From NCBI GenBank assembly GCA_965153355.1, contig OZ231126.1:46066001-46130000 (forward strand): 64,000 bases of DNA. Reading direction: 5' to 3'. Under the pieces are notes generated by a model, which saw only the letters and a program-made list of their open reading frames with translations, was not told where the DNA came from and made no database searches. This document shows, piece by piece, positions 1-13,255 of this stretch; position 1 is the first letter of the stretch, and each line of letters begins with the position of its first letter. Both the position numbers and the translations under genes were made by a program. The DNA is from Flaccisagitta enflata (Eukaryota).

Positions 1-87
1 CTTAGAGTCATGTTCACGCGACTTCAAATGAAGATAAAGACACAACTGACACCTCTAAAACACTAGCTTTGGCATTTTACTCTGCTA

Positions 88-447
<360 letters not shown>

Positions 448-2454
448 TTCTTGGCGGTAACGAGATCGGGCCACTTTGTTCTCAGCCAGTGAATCCTTGC
501 AGTTCATTCCCGTGTCAAGGCGGCGCCACATGTTATGCTGAAAACGATTTGTATTTTCATGATGGAGAATAAAAACGCGTGAAACACCCTGTATAAAACG
601 TAAATTGCATCTCCCTCAATTTTTAGTCGCGTGCACGCGACTCTACAACCTGCTTTGTCGGTCCGTCGGTCCGTCCGTCCGCCCATCACACTTTACTTTT
701 TTTCTGTTTTTGCAGCCTTTGGCCTCACTGCTCCTGCCTAAACGGTTTGTCGCCTCAACATGGCCCTCGCCCACCCGCACGCAACTTGGGTAGCCGTGTA
801 TCTGGCCTAAATTTTCGAATACCACTTTGGGCATCATCATCAGAGGCAGAATGATGATGCCTCTGATGATGATGCCCAAAGTGGTATTCGAAAATTTAGG
901 CAAAATTGTTCGTTTTTGCTCTTCTGCACTGTATTCTCCATCATGAAAATACAAATCGTTTTCAGTATTATACTACCGCACAGAGAGCCAAATAAGCTTG
1001 ATTCCAGGCGATAAACCAAAGGATTTTTTCAATTTCTAACTCTCAATATCTGCTGAAATGAGGAGGAGAGAACAAAATGGGTGTTTTGTTCTCTTAGAGG
1101 GGTTAGAATAAGGGGGTGAGTAGAAAAATGAAAAAAGTTTTTTTTTATCCAAGATATTGCAGTAAAAAGAGGCGATGCCCTGATCATGCCTCATCAAAAA
1201 AATTTTAACACCATTGCATAGAGGAGACTGAGCACATTCTAAATATGTAAGCATATGTGCATATTGCTGCCGCTTTGGCGCTCAGAGCAGATGGAAAGTC
1301 ACTCTGGCAGCAATGGTTTTCAGTGACGATGTCCAGTTGAATCCTGATCTTTCCATCAACAAGAATGGCAAAGTGAGGAAGAGGAAGAGGCTCATTCATC
1401 AAATTGGACATGTTGGTGGCGCCTTGATAAGTCACTCAACTTTGGACAAAAAGTCCTGGGTTCAATCCTTATCTGTAAGTAATACTTTTGATTCTCAAAA
1501 TTCTGCCCCAATGATGCCAATAATACATATAGATTATGGTTCATTAATTCAATTTGTATCAACCCTGTTTAATTCATAAAATATATTTAACTGGGTGTTA
1601 TCAGATGATGAATGGCAGTATTATCCCGTGAATATACAATTTAGCATATTTTTATGATCAATTATTTTTTATTTTGAAGGATCATTTACTTGTGTGTGGA
1701 AAAAAAGGTGTCTATGCAAGGTGTCTATTTGGCGCTGTCCTTTCAGTTCGCCAAATACACTGAGGGGAATTTTTCAAAGGAAAAATGATTGCGACTTAGA
1801 GGATAATATGATGGCGTTATTCTAAAATGGCAGCAAGTTCTTCCCCTATGTTGTTCTTATCATTTTCATTGCAAACTCTGGCAGTTGATCGGAGTGCCCT
1901 CGTCTGTCAATGAGATGCTTAAATAAATCTAAGACATAAGGAAACTGCTCAGCAGATTTGTCTGTGGTACAGTGTGTACCGGTGCTTGCGATAACGATTC
2001 GCAACATGTTATGATTTTTTTATTCTTTTTTTAATTTTTTGCATTTTCGCGATATTTTAAGTAACAAGAGAAAAAAATAAAGATGTGACCAAATTGACCC
2101 TAACATCTATGACGATAGCTTTGGCAACAGGCCTGTATACAATTGAGTTTCCCCCCCCCCCCCCGGCGGGGGGGGGAAATCATTGGGTTTGGAGATGGGG
2201 AAGGGAAAGCAAGAGGGAAAAGTTAAAAAATGAAAATTTGGGAAAAATATAACTTTTTGCAGTACCAAATCATAAACATTGTTTAGTAAAACCCAATTTA
2301 ACACTATTCAAACCTTAAATACACTGTTTTTGCTTTATTAAGAAAATCTTAGATTTTCAGAAGAACTCATTTAACGCTTTGGAAGAAAATCAAAGACGGG
2401 GGAATCAAAAGCCATTGTCTCCAAGTTTTATGACGCTAGCTTGTGCATTTTACT

Positions 2455-2542
<88 letters not shown>

Positions 2543-2630
2543 TAGAAAAGAGAAAGAGAGACAGAGAGAGACACACACACACATACACACACACTTAAAC
2601 ACATACACAAACACAACAACAACAACAATG

Positions 2631-2709
<79 letters not shown>

Positions 2710-2710
2710 T

Positions 2711-2898
<188 letters not shown>

Positions 2899-3396
2899 AA
2901 CAAACACATTTAAACACACACACACACTGAAATGTAAATTGTGTAACTGTGAAGTATTCAAATATATTGAACATCTGTGCGCAGTTTTAAAGATCTTCAC
3001 ACATCAACATCAAGATCAATTTTGCTTCTTAGCTACCCAAGTACATATCTTTCTTTTCTTCCTTCTCTACCATCCTTAGATAAGGTTTTAATAAACTCAA
3101 AGACCAAGAGGAAAAAGAGACAAAGAGGCAGATTGAATAACAAAAACTGACAGACGTTCAACCAGACATGAGATGCACAACAGGCGTGCATTTTATGGAG
3201 TAACCAGTAACGCCGTTACTTGGAAGGACATGAGGGCCTCTCGGAGGGTCTCAGAAGAAGAAGAAAAAGAAGAGGAAGAAGCAGAAAGAGAAAACGAAAC
3301 AGAAATAGAAGAAGAAGAAAACAAAGGAAGAAAAAAACAAACAAAAAGAAAAGAAAAGGAATGAAAAAAGTAGAGAAAGAATGAAGATTCTTTCTG

Positions 3397-3460
<64 letters not shown>

Positions 3461-6400
3461 TCCTCCCTTTCCCCCTTCCCTTGTTTTCCTTCTTTTCCTC
3501 CCTGCCTTCCTTTCAGTTTCCTAATACATCGTTCTCTTTCTCTCTCTCTCTTTCTTTCTCTCTCTCGCTCTTTCCAAGTCAATCAAATATCTCAAAGGTG
3601 TATGATAAATAAGGCTGGATACGCTGCTGCCCTAGTCGCGTGCGGGTAGGCAGGAGTAGTGCTGGAGAAGGTCACTAGGTATCTGGGCAGGAGCCAGCAT
3701 ACTCAAAAAGCCTAAAACGTCAAAAGTGGCCAGGTCGCCCAAGGGCAACAGGTCATGATACCCTTGCCCTGCTTTGAGTGATTGTGAGTTGGAGTGAGGG
3801 GAAGCAGGGCAGCGGCCCCTAAGGGGACGAAGTCCTGTAGAACACGGGGGGACTCTCGTTCGTCCTGCCTTACCTGGATGAGATGCAACATAGAGGGTTG
3901 ACTGAGGGCCTTCAAGAGCTTAAATTGAGGTCTAAGAAGGCTGATGTCAGGCCTGAGAATGCTAATTTGAGACTTGAGAGGACCAACTTGAGGCCCAATT
4001 TGAGGCATGAGAGGACAGGTTTGAGGCATGGGAATTTTGATTTGAGGCCTGCGAGGCCTAGTTTGAGGTCTGAAAGACCAGGTTTGAGGCCTGAGAGGTC
4101 GGATTTGAGACCTGAGAGACCGGATTTGAGGCCTGAGAGGCTGGATTTTGAGGCCTGAGAGGCTGGATTGAGGCCTGAGAGGTTGATGAGGCCCAAAAGG
4201 CTGGATTTGAGGTCTGAGAGGTTGGCTTAGAGGCCTGAGAGGTTGGATTTAAGGCCTGAGAGGCAGGATTTGAGGCCTGGAGAGGCAGGGACTTGAGGCC
4301 TCAGGTTAGATTTTAGCCTGAGGCCTGATGAGGGGACGAACAAACCAACGAACGGACGAACGAACGAAAGTCCCCCTGCGTTCTACAGGACTACGTCCTC
4401 TTTGGGGCCACTGTCGTGCGGGATCTCAATCTAATTCAACAAACCAACCATCCAACCGACCAACCAACCAACCAGCCGACGGATTTGATTGACATAGTAG
4501 GGTGCAGAGTCGCGTAGCAAGCGACTAACAGGTCGCCCAAGGGCAATATGTGGTCAGCGATACCCGTTGCCCTGCTTTTGAATGACAGAATTGAGTGAGG
4601 GGAAGTGGCAGCGGCCCCAAAGGGGACGATGTCCTGTAGAACACAGGGGGAATTTTGTTTTTATTGCCTCAAGAAGTGTATGAGGTGCTGACTGAAGGCC
4701 TTCAAGAGCCTTCACTGAGGTCTAAGATGGCTGATGTAAAGCCTGAGAATGTCAAAGCTTGAGATAGCTGGCCCTGAGAATTTGGATTTGAGGCCTGAGA
4801 GGCCAGCAGGCTTTGAGACCTGAGAGGCTGGAATCAAGACCTGAGAGGCTGGATCTGAGTCCTGAGAGGCTGGATTTGAGGCCTGAGAGGTTGACTTGAG
4901 GTCAGAGGTTGATTGAGGCCTAAGAGGCTGGATTTGAGGCCTGAGAGTCCTAATTTGAGGCCTGAGAGGTCAGATTGAGGCCTGAGAGGCCCGAAGACAG
5001 GGGGACGGACCAACGAACGACGCACGAACGAGAGTCCCCTGTGTTCTACAGGACATCGTCCCCTTTGGGGCCGCTGCCCAAAAAGCACACATGTTGGCGT
5101 GTGCTTATTCTAGACCTAGCAAAACGGCTAGTCACAATTAATGGTTGCGTGTTGGTTGATATCTTGATGGATCTGAATATGGCCAGCATGTACAAAGCTT
5201 TGTCCAATTGTCAGTAAAAGGAAAAAAATTGGAAGTGAAAGTGACATTAACGTCATACAGTTCCAGTTTGTTTTGAGAAATGGCTTTAGTCGTGGACTAG
5301 TGACTCTATAAGTGGTTTTGTCCGTCCGTCGGTCCGTCGGTCCGTTCGTAGTGATTGAGGCGATAGCAAAACGCGCATTTCCGCCCCTGCCCACCCATCC
5401 GCGACTGGTATTGGCCGTGTATCCGGCCTTGTTTCCTCCTTAACTCATTGATTGACTTGGACAGGTTTTCAGCGCAATTGCTTAAATGACTGCATTCATA
5501 ATGGACCAATACTTTCATATATCCAGCCAACTCCATGAACACATCTTGATCACAAGAAAAAAGAGCTTTCAGAACCATCTCAAAATGGTTGTGGATGTTA
5601 AAGGATTTTGTTGCTCATTAGAAGAGATTTGATATGAAGAGATTTGATATGTATTATAAGTTGTATAGCAAGAAGTATATACATGGAAAAGCAGTAAAAG
5701 GAGGTTACAAGAAATGATACCTGTTGGTCCAATGTTTGTGTGTGTGTAGGCTTTGGCTTATTCTCACCTTTTTTCTTATGCATGAAAAACGCTTCTTTTA
5801 CTCGCTTTGAGAAAGAGAGAGGTGAGTTGGCAGGTTCATAAGGAAAATACATGTACATGCTACTCGGCAGAAAAATATGCCTGCTTGCTATCATTTGTTT
5901 TTAGCATTCCTACCTTCCTTCCAGTGCTCTTTTCCGTCCTTTCTTCTTTCCTTCCTTCCCTCCTATTGGTCCCACTTTCCTTCCCTTCTTCCATTCTTGC
6001 CTCCCATCCTGCCAATCTTGCCCCACTTCAATCCTTCCATCCATTCATTTTAACCATTCCTCCTCCCTTCCTTTCTTACTTTTCTTCCTTCGTTCCCTCG
6101 GTCCTCCATTCCTTCTTGCTTGTATCTGCCGTTTGTGCATGGACAAAACAAAACAGCAATAATTCACCTTACACTTTTTGGGCAGTGGCTCCAGAGGGGC
6201 TGGTGACCTATATGATTCCATATAGGGCCATATCTCCAGTTGCCGTACATCCCCCCCCCCTCCCAAGTCTCAAACCAGGCAAACTAAGGCCATAAGGGTA
6301 TCTGAGAGTCGGAAGATCCTAGGTGAAAATATAAGATACTCGGAAGAAAAGAAAAAAATGCACGTCTGATGCACAAAAAGAAAAACATGCACTGAAAAAA

Positions 6401-7913
6401 GAGGCTCCCATTCACGACTTTTTTCCGGTTGGCGAGTGGCGCCTTAATTGGTACTTGTTATGTCCACTTATCCTGTAGCATTTTTTCCCGTGTGAAATGA
6501 TTAAAAAAATTTCATCCTTATTTAAGTTTTTGTTCCTCTCAAGAAAGCTTATCCGCTCAATGCACAGTAATCATCCCAAGAATCAGGTTTTTCAATCAAA
6601 ATGCCAGCAAGTAATGCAAACAAAAAAAAAACAGCTTATGGATGAGAGAAAAAAACGGTGAAAAACCAAAAATCCAAAAAACCTAATCAGTGAAAGTTGG
6701 CAATCACTCCACCGTTTTTTTTTTGGTTGGTGAATCACCGAATCCCAAGCCTTATGACAAGTACACAGTCGCAAAGATATGTGAAATATACAAAGTGGGC
6801 ATGTTAGGGGTGGGAGAGAAACACGGGTTCTTCAAAAATCTTCTCGACTTCACTAAACGCTTTTTTAGTCGCGGACGAGCGACTCTATTAGAGGCTTTGT
6901 CCGTCCATCCGTCCGTCCGTCGGTTGGTTGGTCCGTTGGTGAGCACGAGTCGACAAGTGGAAAACCAGTGTTTCCGCCCCTGCCCACCCGTCCGCGACTG
7001 GTATTGGCCGTGAGCTAGTCACTGAATCACGAACTTAGAGCTGGAAATGAGGCCGATATAAAGCCTGATTCCACTGAAGCACGACTTCGTGCTTCAGTGG
7101 AATTGGAATTCGTGCTTCAGTGGATTGACCCCTGACCTCTTTTCAAATTGCAATGAAACAAAAAGTCAATCCAGTTTTTGTTTGATTGGTTGCTACAATT
7201 CATTTCAGTTTGATTAGAAATTCTTTTTATATCTCTTATTCAACTAAAGATAGGTTTTTCTTTCTGTTATAAATTGTTATCTTTGGAAAATATCTCTTGA
7301 TTTTTTTTATTTTTAAGTTATTTTCATGAGAAAAACTTTTTTCCTATCACATGAATTTATGTCTTTATGAAAGATAATGAGTTTTCCCACATAAATTTGT
7401 TGATATGATAAAAACGTAGTAGATGTAAAAAGATATTTTGCTTTTGATATTAGCATTCTCTTTACTTAGTAAGTCTACTTAGGTGAACAGAAAAATTAAA
7501 AGAGGTAAAAAGAAAGATGATGATTTCTTTAGATAAAAGTAAATGAAGGTTACTTTGACTCGCTTTCCTACAATGACAAAATCAGTTGTTTTCAATTCCA
7601 CTGAAGCTCGAATTGCTAAGAGCACTAATTATTCTTCATTCCACTTAAGCACGACGTCGTGCTTCAGTGGAAATGATTTTAACTTACGCACAATTTTCAT
7701 GCTTAAATGGTTGCCTGTTGGCCGTGTATCCGGCCTTGTTCCTTCAAAGTGACGGGCTGTGCCAGCACACGTGCTCACACAGACACACACTTTACGCAAT
7801 CACACCGACACATGCAACCAGAGACACAAAAAAACAAACTAGACAAATACAAACTTACAATCTAACCCGGTCAAAAGCATTTAACAAAGAAATCTCTTTT
7901 CTGCTCCATCTAG

Positions 7914-8397
7914 GAAATCGCCGAAAACTTCGCCTTCTGCTGCGCCTCTGCGATCGCATTCAGAAAAATGAAAAGCTCAACCTTTTCTCTCACTTGAGCG
8001 CCGTTGCAGCCTCTTCTACCTCCTCCTCCTCTCCCTCCACTTCCAACGCGGTCGTTGTAACACCTCGAGTCGACGCCTTGACGGAACTGAAGCGAATCTT
8101 CGCCGATTGCATTATGAAGGAGCCCGTCGCCGATCCACCGACTAACTTGTTGGCGGCTCGACGACGCATCCTCGACTGCATCTTTGAGGATCCCATCTTC
8201 GAGGATCCTGAAGGCATTCTCGAGGTTCCGCAGGAATTGCGCGAAAGCGTTGGAAAGTTGATCTGTCCGATGGCGAAATGTCTCGCTGATGCGGGCTCAT
8301 CTTCGTCCTCCAGCATCGCCCCTAAAATGATCCCGAAAATTGACACGGTGACAGTAACAGGAAATAATTATAATTCGACGTTAACGCGAGGCAAGGA

Positions 8398-8474
<77 letters not shown>

Positions 8475-8920
8475 CCACCACCGCCGCACCAGCTGCCTTT
8501 TGTCAACGAGTCACCAGCCCCGAGATGGCCAAGGCCCGGCTAGCTACTGAAACCGCCGGGTTAGAGAAGTTGCTTCAATCTTTGGTTCAATCTCACACTC
8601 TGGGCCAGAAAGAAAAGAGAAAAAAATTGCTGCAATTTGAACAAACGCATCCACACATCTTTAGACGACTTTTCCCAACTCGTGAACATTTCGAAGTCAT
8701 TCTTGAACGGCAAAACCAAGGGATAAACGACAGGTATCCATCCTCTGCCATGAAAGAGCCGCTGAAGCTGCAACAGCAACCTGGCAGGCAGGTGGAGCAA
8801 TTGCTGCAGCAGCCACAACAGCAACCGCCCTTGCCAGGATCACATCAATCGGAGGGGAAAAACGAGGATGAAAAGAAGAAAAAAAGACGATCGTGGAAGC
8901 CAAACTTCTTCAGATTGTAA
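7914..8920 (+). CDS. Probable terminal exon (or single-exon gene) of an unknown protein with poly-Asn and Gln-rich tracts and a basic C-terminus
   Basis: 1-kb GC-elevated open frame; pyrimidine-rich acceptor TTTTCTGCTCCATCTAG ending at 7913; no recognised domain. Confidence 0.6.
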
Positions 8921-9468
8921 ATTCATAAAACCAATCTGAAATTTTGCCAAACATGCGTTATGGCCGGTAGTCATCAGAACTGATGGATTTGGGTTGCTTG
9001 TTTTGGGTTTTCTGTTGCATTTTTGTTGCTCACATCCCCTCTTGGTTCTACGGAAAAATATTACTAATTGGTTGCAGCTGCGTTGGTTAAACATTCCTGT
9101 GGTATCCTTTTGTCGTCACGACCCCCTAAAATTAATTCAAATTGCTCAATAATCTTCAATTGTGTAGTGCATGCTAAGTTAATTGCACAACCGAAAACTG
9201 GTCACGTGATATTTGTAACTTATGATTTGTATTCTTTTACGTAGTATGCATTTATTGTGATCACCGTTTAAAAATAGATACAAGAATTCATTGAAGTGTC
9301 ACAGGATTTTAGTGCTACTTTTTCTTTTCGCGTTTTAAGTGCAATTGATGTACTTGGTGTCTTTGGTTTTCCTGTCTCGTGAACTTAATTGTGTTGGGTA
9401 AAATTGTTGAATTCAAGCAATCATTCTCTTTTTAGTCGCGTGCTACGCGACTCTACACCCCGCTTTGT

Positions 9469-9609
9469 CTTTTCAGTGTTGTTCATCCGCAGCACCGTTA
9501 ACGCGCACTCACATTCAAACACACACATAATCTCACACGAAAACAATCTTTACGATTCGGCAGCAAAAACTGCATGAGGAATATATGAAGTCAAACAGAA
9601 AGCTGACGA

Positions 9610-9697
<88 letters not shown>

Positions 9698-9959
9698 AAA
9701 TCCAGTGCGATCCACACTGGCTTTCGTTCGTCATGTGTGTAATGAGGAATTTTGGTGTGACGCGTTACAAAGGAGAGATTGGGTCGGTTCAGGGATTTGA
9801 AAGAGAGCGCGGAAATCCGAAAGATGGAACAAAGCTCATTGCTCAACTGGGAAAACGGGCCTCGGAGGACCTTTTCGAGTTCAAGAGAAAGAGAGAATGA
9901 GACAGAGAGTCAGAGGGGAAACAGTAAGAGAAACGAAGACACATAGAGAGCGAGATCGA

Positions 9960-10007
<48 letters not shown>

Positions 10008-10336
10008 GGCGCACGCATGGGTCTTGTTAAAAGGGGCCCTCGATTGTGTTTTCAGCGTTGTTTTCTCGCCTTCTATTCTTCTCCGATTCTCATCGAATGA
10101 GTGGTTAACACCTTTTTTGTATGATGGTTATGAGCGAGACTATAACTGAATGATCAATAATGGACTTATGGTAATGATGACTCGTGAAGTCAAAGTGAAC
10201 AATTGCTAAAGGAATGGGAGCTGCGGTGATGTTTGGTTGTTGGGTTTTGGTTGTTTTGGTTTTGGCTGTAGTGGTTGTGGTTGTGGTTGTTATTGTAATC
10301 AATTTAGTTGTAGTTCTTGAGGTTGTTGTTGTTGTT

Positions 10337-10422
<86 letters not shown>

Positions 10423-12434
10423 CGTTGTTGTTATACTGGTTATTGTTGTCATGTCGCACCATCGAAGCCATGGTAATCGTCGTTGTTATTATGGTCGATG
10501 ATGCTTACTTTTTTCAATGGTCGTAGATAAAGGGACATCATCAACGATTATATCGGCAATGCATAATTCCCTATGCATGATGATGTCGTTATTACTGATA
10601 AAGCATGATTATTGTCAGGATTATCAGATTTTTTAAAGCGGTGCTCGCGAGTTTTCTTCGCTTTGTTTTTCTCCACCTCACGATTGGTGACAAGCGGGTG
10701 ATTTTCTGATCAATCGCCGGTGACCCGCGGTTGATCCGCTGCCGCCCCTTTGCCGACATGCTGATTTTAGCAGCAAAGTCGAAGAACAGCCGCGGAGAAT
10801 GCCGAATTTTCGTTGTTCTCGTTTTGTGCAGCGAGCCCTAAGGGCTGATGTCCAAAAGGTGTGAATTTCCTTACGTTCGTCCATCCACCTATCCATTCAT
10901 CCATCCGTCCATACCCCGAGACCTTCAAGGCCCTAATCTGACTCTTTCAGGCCTATAATCAGTGCTAAGAGGCCAAAATCAACTCGCTCAGACACAAAAT
11001 CATCCCTTGGGCCTAAAATCAGCTCTCTGGAGCCCAAATTTAACCCTCTACAGGGTGTTTCACGCGTTTTGAGGTATTCTAAAATGACATATCTCTGCTT
11101 CTAGTAACTTTTTTTAACTTCTGAAAAAAGATCTAGAAAGATCATGATCTGCAGATTTCACATGTATAATCTCATTATATTGCAATAATTTTTAAAGCGA
11201 GCATGTAAATTTGAAGTAGAATAATGATTTCAGACTCTGCTTTTTCCGCTCTTTTAGTTGTGGACACGCAACTTTATAAGAGGCTTTGTTCGTCCATCGG
11301 TCATTTGGTTGGTCAGTAGAGGTGATCGAGTGTGGCATTTTCAATGTTTTTTGCGTATGTTTGAATGTTCGGGGTGGGTTGGGGTGGGTTGGGGTAAGGT
11401 TGGGGGTTGGATGCCCCCGCCCAGCCATCTGCAACAATAGTGACCCCGCGTGACCGCGTCACTTGTTTATCAATAGTGCTAAACTATTCATTTTTGATAT
11501 TTTTACATTTTGCTTTTAACGTTTTAACAAGGCCGGATACACGGCTACTTTTGTCGCGTGCGGGTGAGCAGGGCAGTGATAGAATAGGTCACTGAGGAAT
11601 ATGAGCAGGAGCAGTGAGCTCAAAACGCTCAAAACGCAAAAAAATGGGGACCAACCAACCGACGAATGGACAGACAAAGCGGGTTAAAGAGTCGCGAAGC
11701 ACACGACTAAAAACTACATGATTAAAGCTTTAAAATGAATAAAGCCAGGCTTTGTAGCTAATGATAACAGATTTTTGGTGATTAAGTTTTGTATCATTCA
11801 AAAATTTTGTGAAAAAATGACAGGCACTCTGAAATCACATACAGACTACAAAGCCATATGGTTGTTTCAAAAATTATCGCAATATCATGAGATTTTACAA
11901 GAGACATCTGCAGATCATGACCTTTCTAGATCTTTTTTAAGAAGATGGAAAAAGTTACTAAAAGCAGAGATATGTCGTTTTAAAATACCTCAAAACGCGT
12001 GAAACACCCTGTAGGGCCTCAAATCAGCCCTCCCAGGCTTGCAATCAGCCCTCTGTGGACTGAAATAGGCCCTATGAGGCCTCCAATTTGCCGTTTCAAG
12101 CCTAGAATCCGACCTCTCAGGTCTCAATTCAGCCTACCAATTTTCCCTCAGCCCTCAGACCCCTCATAGTATCCCTCATGCACCCTCACCCTTTTGGGCA
12201 GCGGCCCCGAAGGGGTCGATGACCTATGCTTTCACACATATGGGGGATTTTCTCCTTCTCCTCCTCCATCTTCTCCTCTTCGTCCCCCCCCCTCAAATCC
12301 CAGTCTCGAGGCCTAAATTCGAGTCTCGAGGCCAAAATCCCAGTCTCGAGGCCCAAATTCCAGCCTGGAGGCCTAAATCTAGCCAAACTGTGAGGGTTCA
12401 TTCAAGTATTGTAGTCTGAATTATGGATAACAAG
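9469..12434 (+). repeat. Left copy of ~3-kb inverted segmental duplication
   Basis: Near-identical reverse complement of 52346-55345; the same spurious ORFs appear on opposite strands. Confidence 0.95.
11051..12011. mobile_element. Tc1/mariner-type MITE with nested repeats (duplicate at 52767-53728)
   Basis: TA|CAGGGTGTTTCACGCGTTTTGAGG...CCTCAAAACGCGTGAAACACCCTG|TA, long TIRs. Confidence 0.85.
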
Positions 12435-13137
12435 TAAAATAAATGGAGGGGTTGGTTATAATGAACCTGCTGTTGATAGGATGACAAAATAATAGAAGAT
12501 AAAGCTGATTGAAGATATTTGAGTTTCGAGGATTTAAATCAGTTTCACTCCTATTTTGCTGAGGTTATCAATTTCAAACAGGAACAATCAGGGTGGATGT
12601 AGTCAGGTGCAGGATTCTGGAGAGAGAGAGATATTATCTCTTTTAAGTATCTATCTGTAGATTATAACCAACCACCGCAGAATTGCGTCTTTGTTTCTAC
12701 AATTTATCGACGAGAATTGCAGAGATTCAATTTCCTTTTTTTTCAGAAAGGAGAAATAAAAGTCCAGGATTTCTTTTTCTTTCTGAAGGATTTAATGTAA
12801 GTGAATCATTCCAAATTTCAATTAAACAAGAAAACATAAAATAGAAAAGAAAAGTTATTACAAAAGAAAAGATTACATTTTTGTTGGCAACAATTGTTGT
12901 TCTTAGGCGGCATTGAAATAAAGACTGAATTAAAATGACCTCAAACTGAGAAGGCAACGTGATTCTTACGAAAAGGAGAATTGGGAATTGACCAGTCAGA
13001 AAGAATTTGACTTTTAAAAAGGGAGAAAGAATACGTTGAAAAAACTTCGAAGGACAAATTCTTAATACAGTATGAATTATCAAAAGTGCTTTTACAGAGA
13101 TACAGTTTCTTTTCTCCTAGGTGCTAATTTTTTTATA
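12435..13137 (-). repeat. 3' LTR of BEL copy A
   Basis: Aligns with 19507-19611 + 21926-22075 + 23358-23894 and, inverted, with 51570-52345; carries many small indels. Confidence 0.9.
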
Positions 13138-13255
13138 TTCGGCCCCAAAAAACCGATTTGAGTTTTTTTCAAAAAAGATACAAGAATTACAAAAATACAA
13201 CAATTGATTCAATATTTGATTGACGTTGATCTAAAACAAAAGTTAGACATCACAA

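Noticed and set aside
1205-1579. Possible decayed transposon ORF or exon
   Set aside because: No convincing motif or splice-consistent model
10678-10830. GC-rich exon-like stretch in the duplicated flank
   Set aside because: Strand and frame are ambiguous and no partner exons were found
13138-13255. env-like gene in the BEL element
   Set aside because: Only about 120 bp between the integrase stop and the 3' LTR
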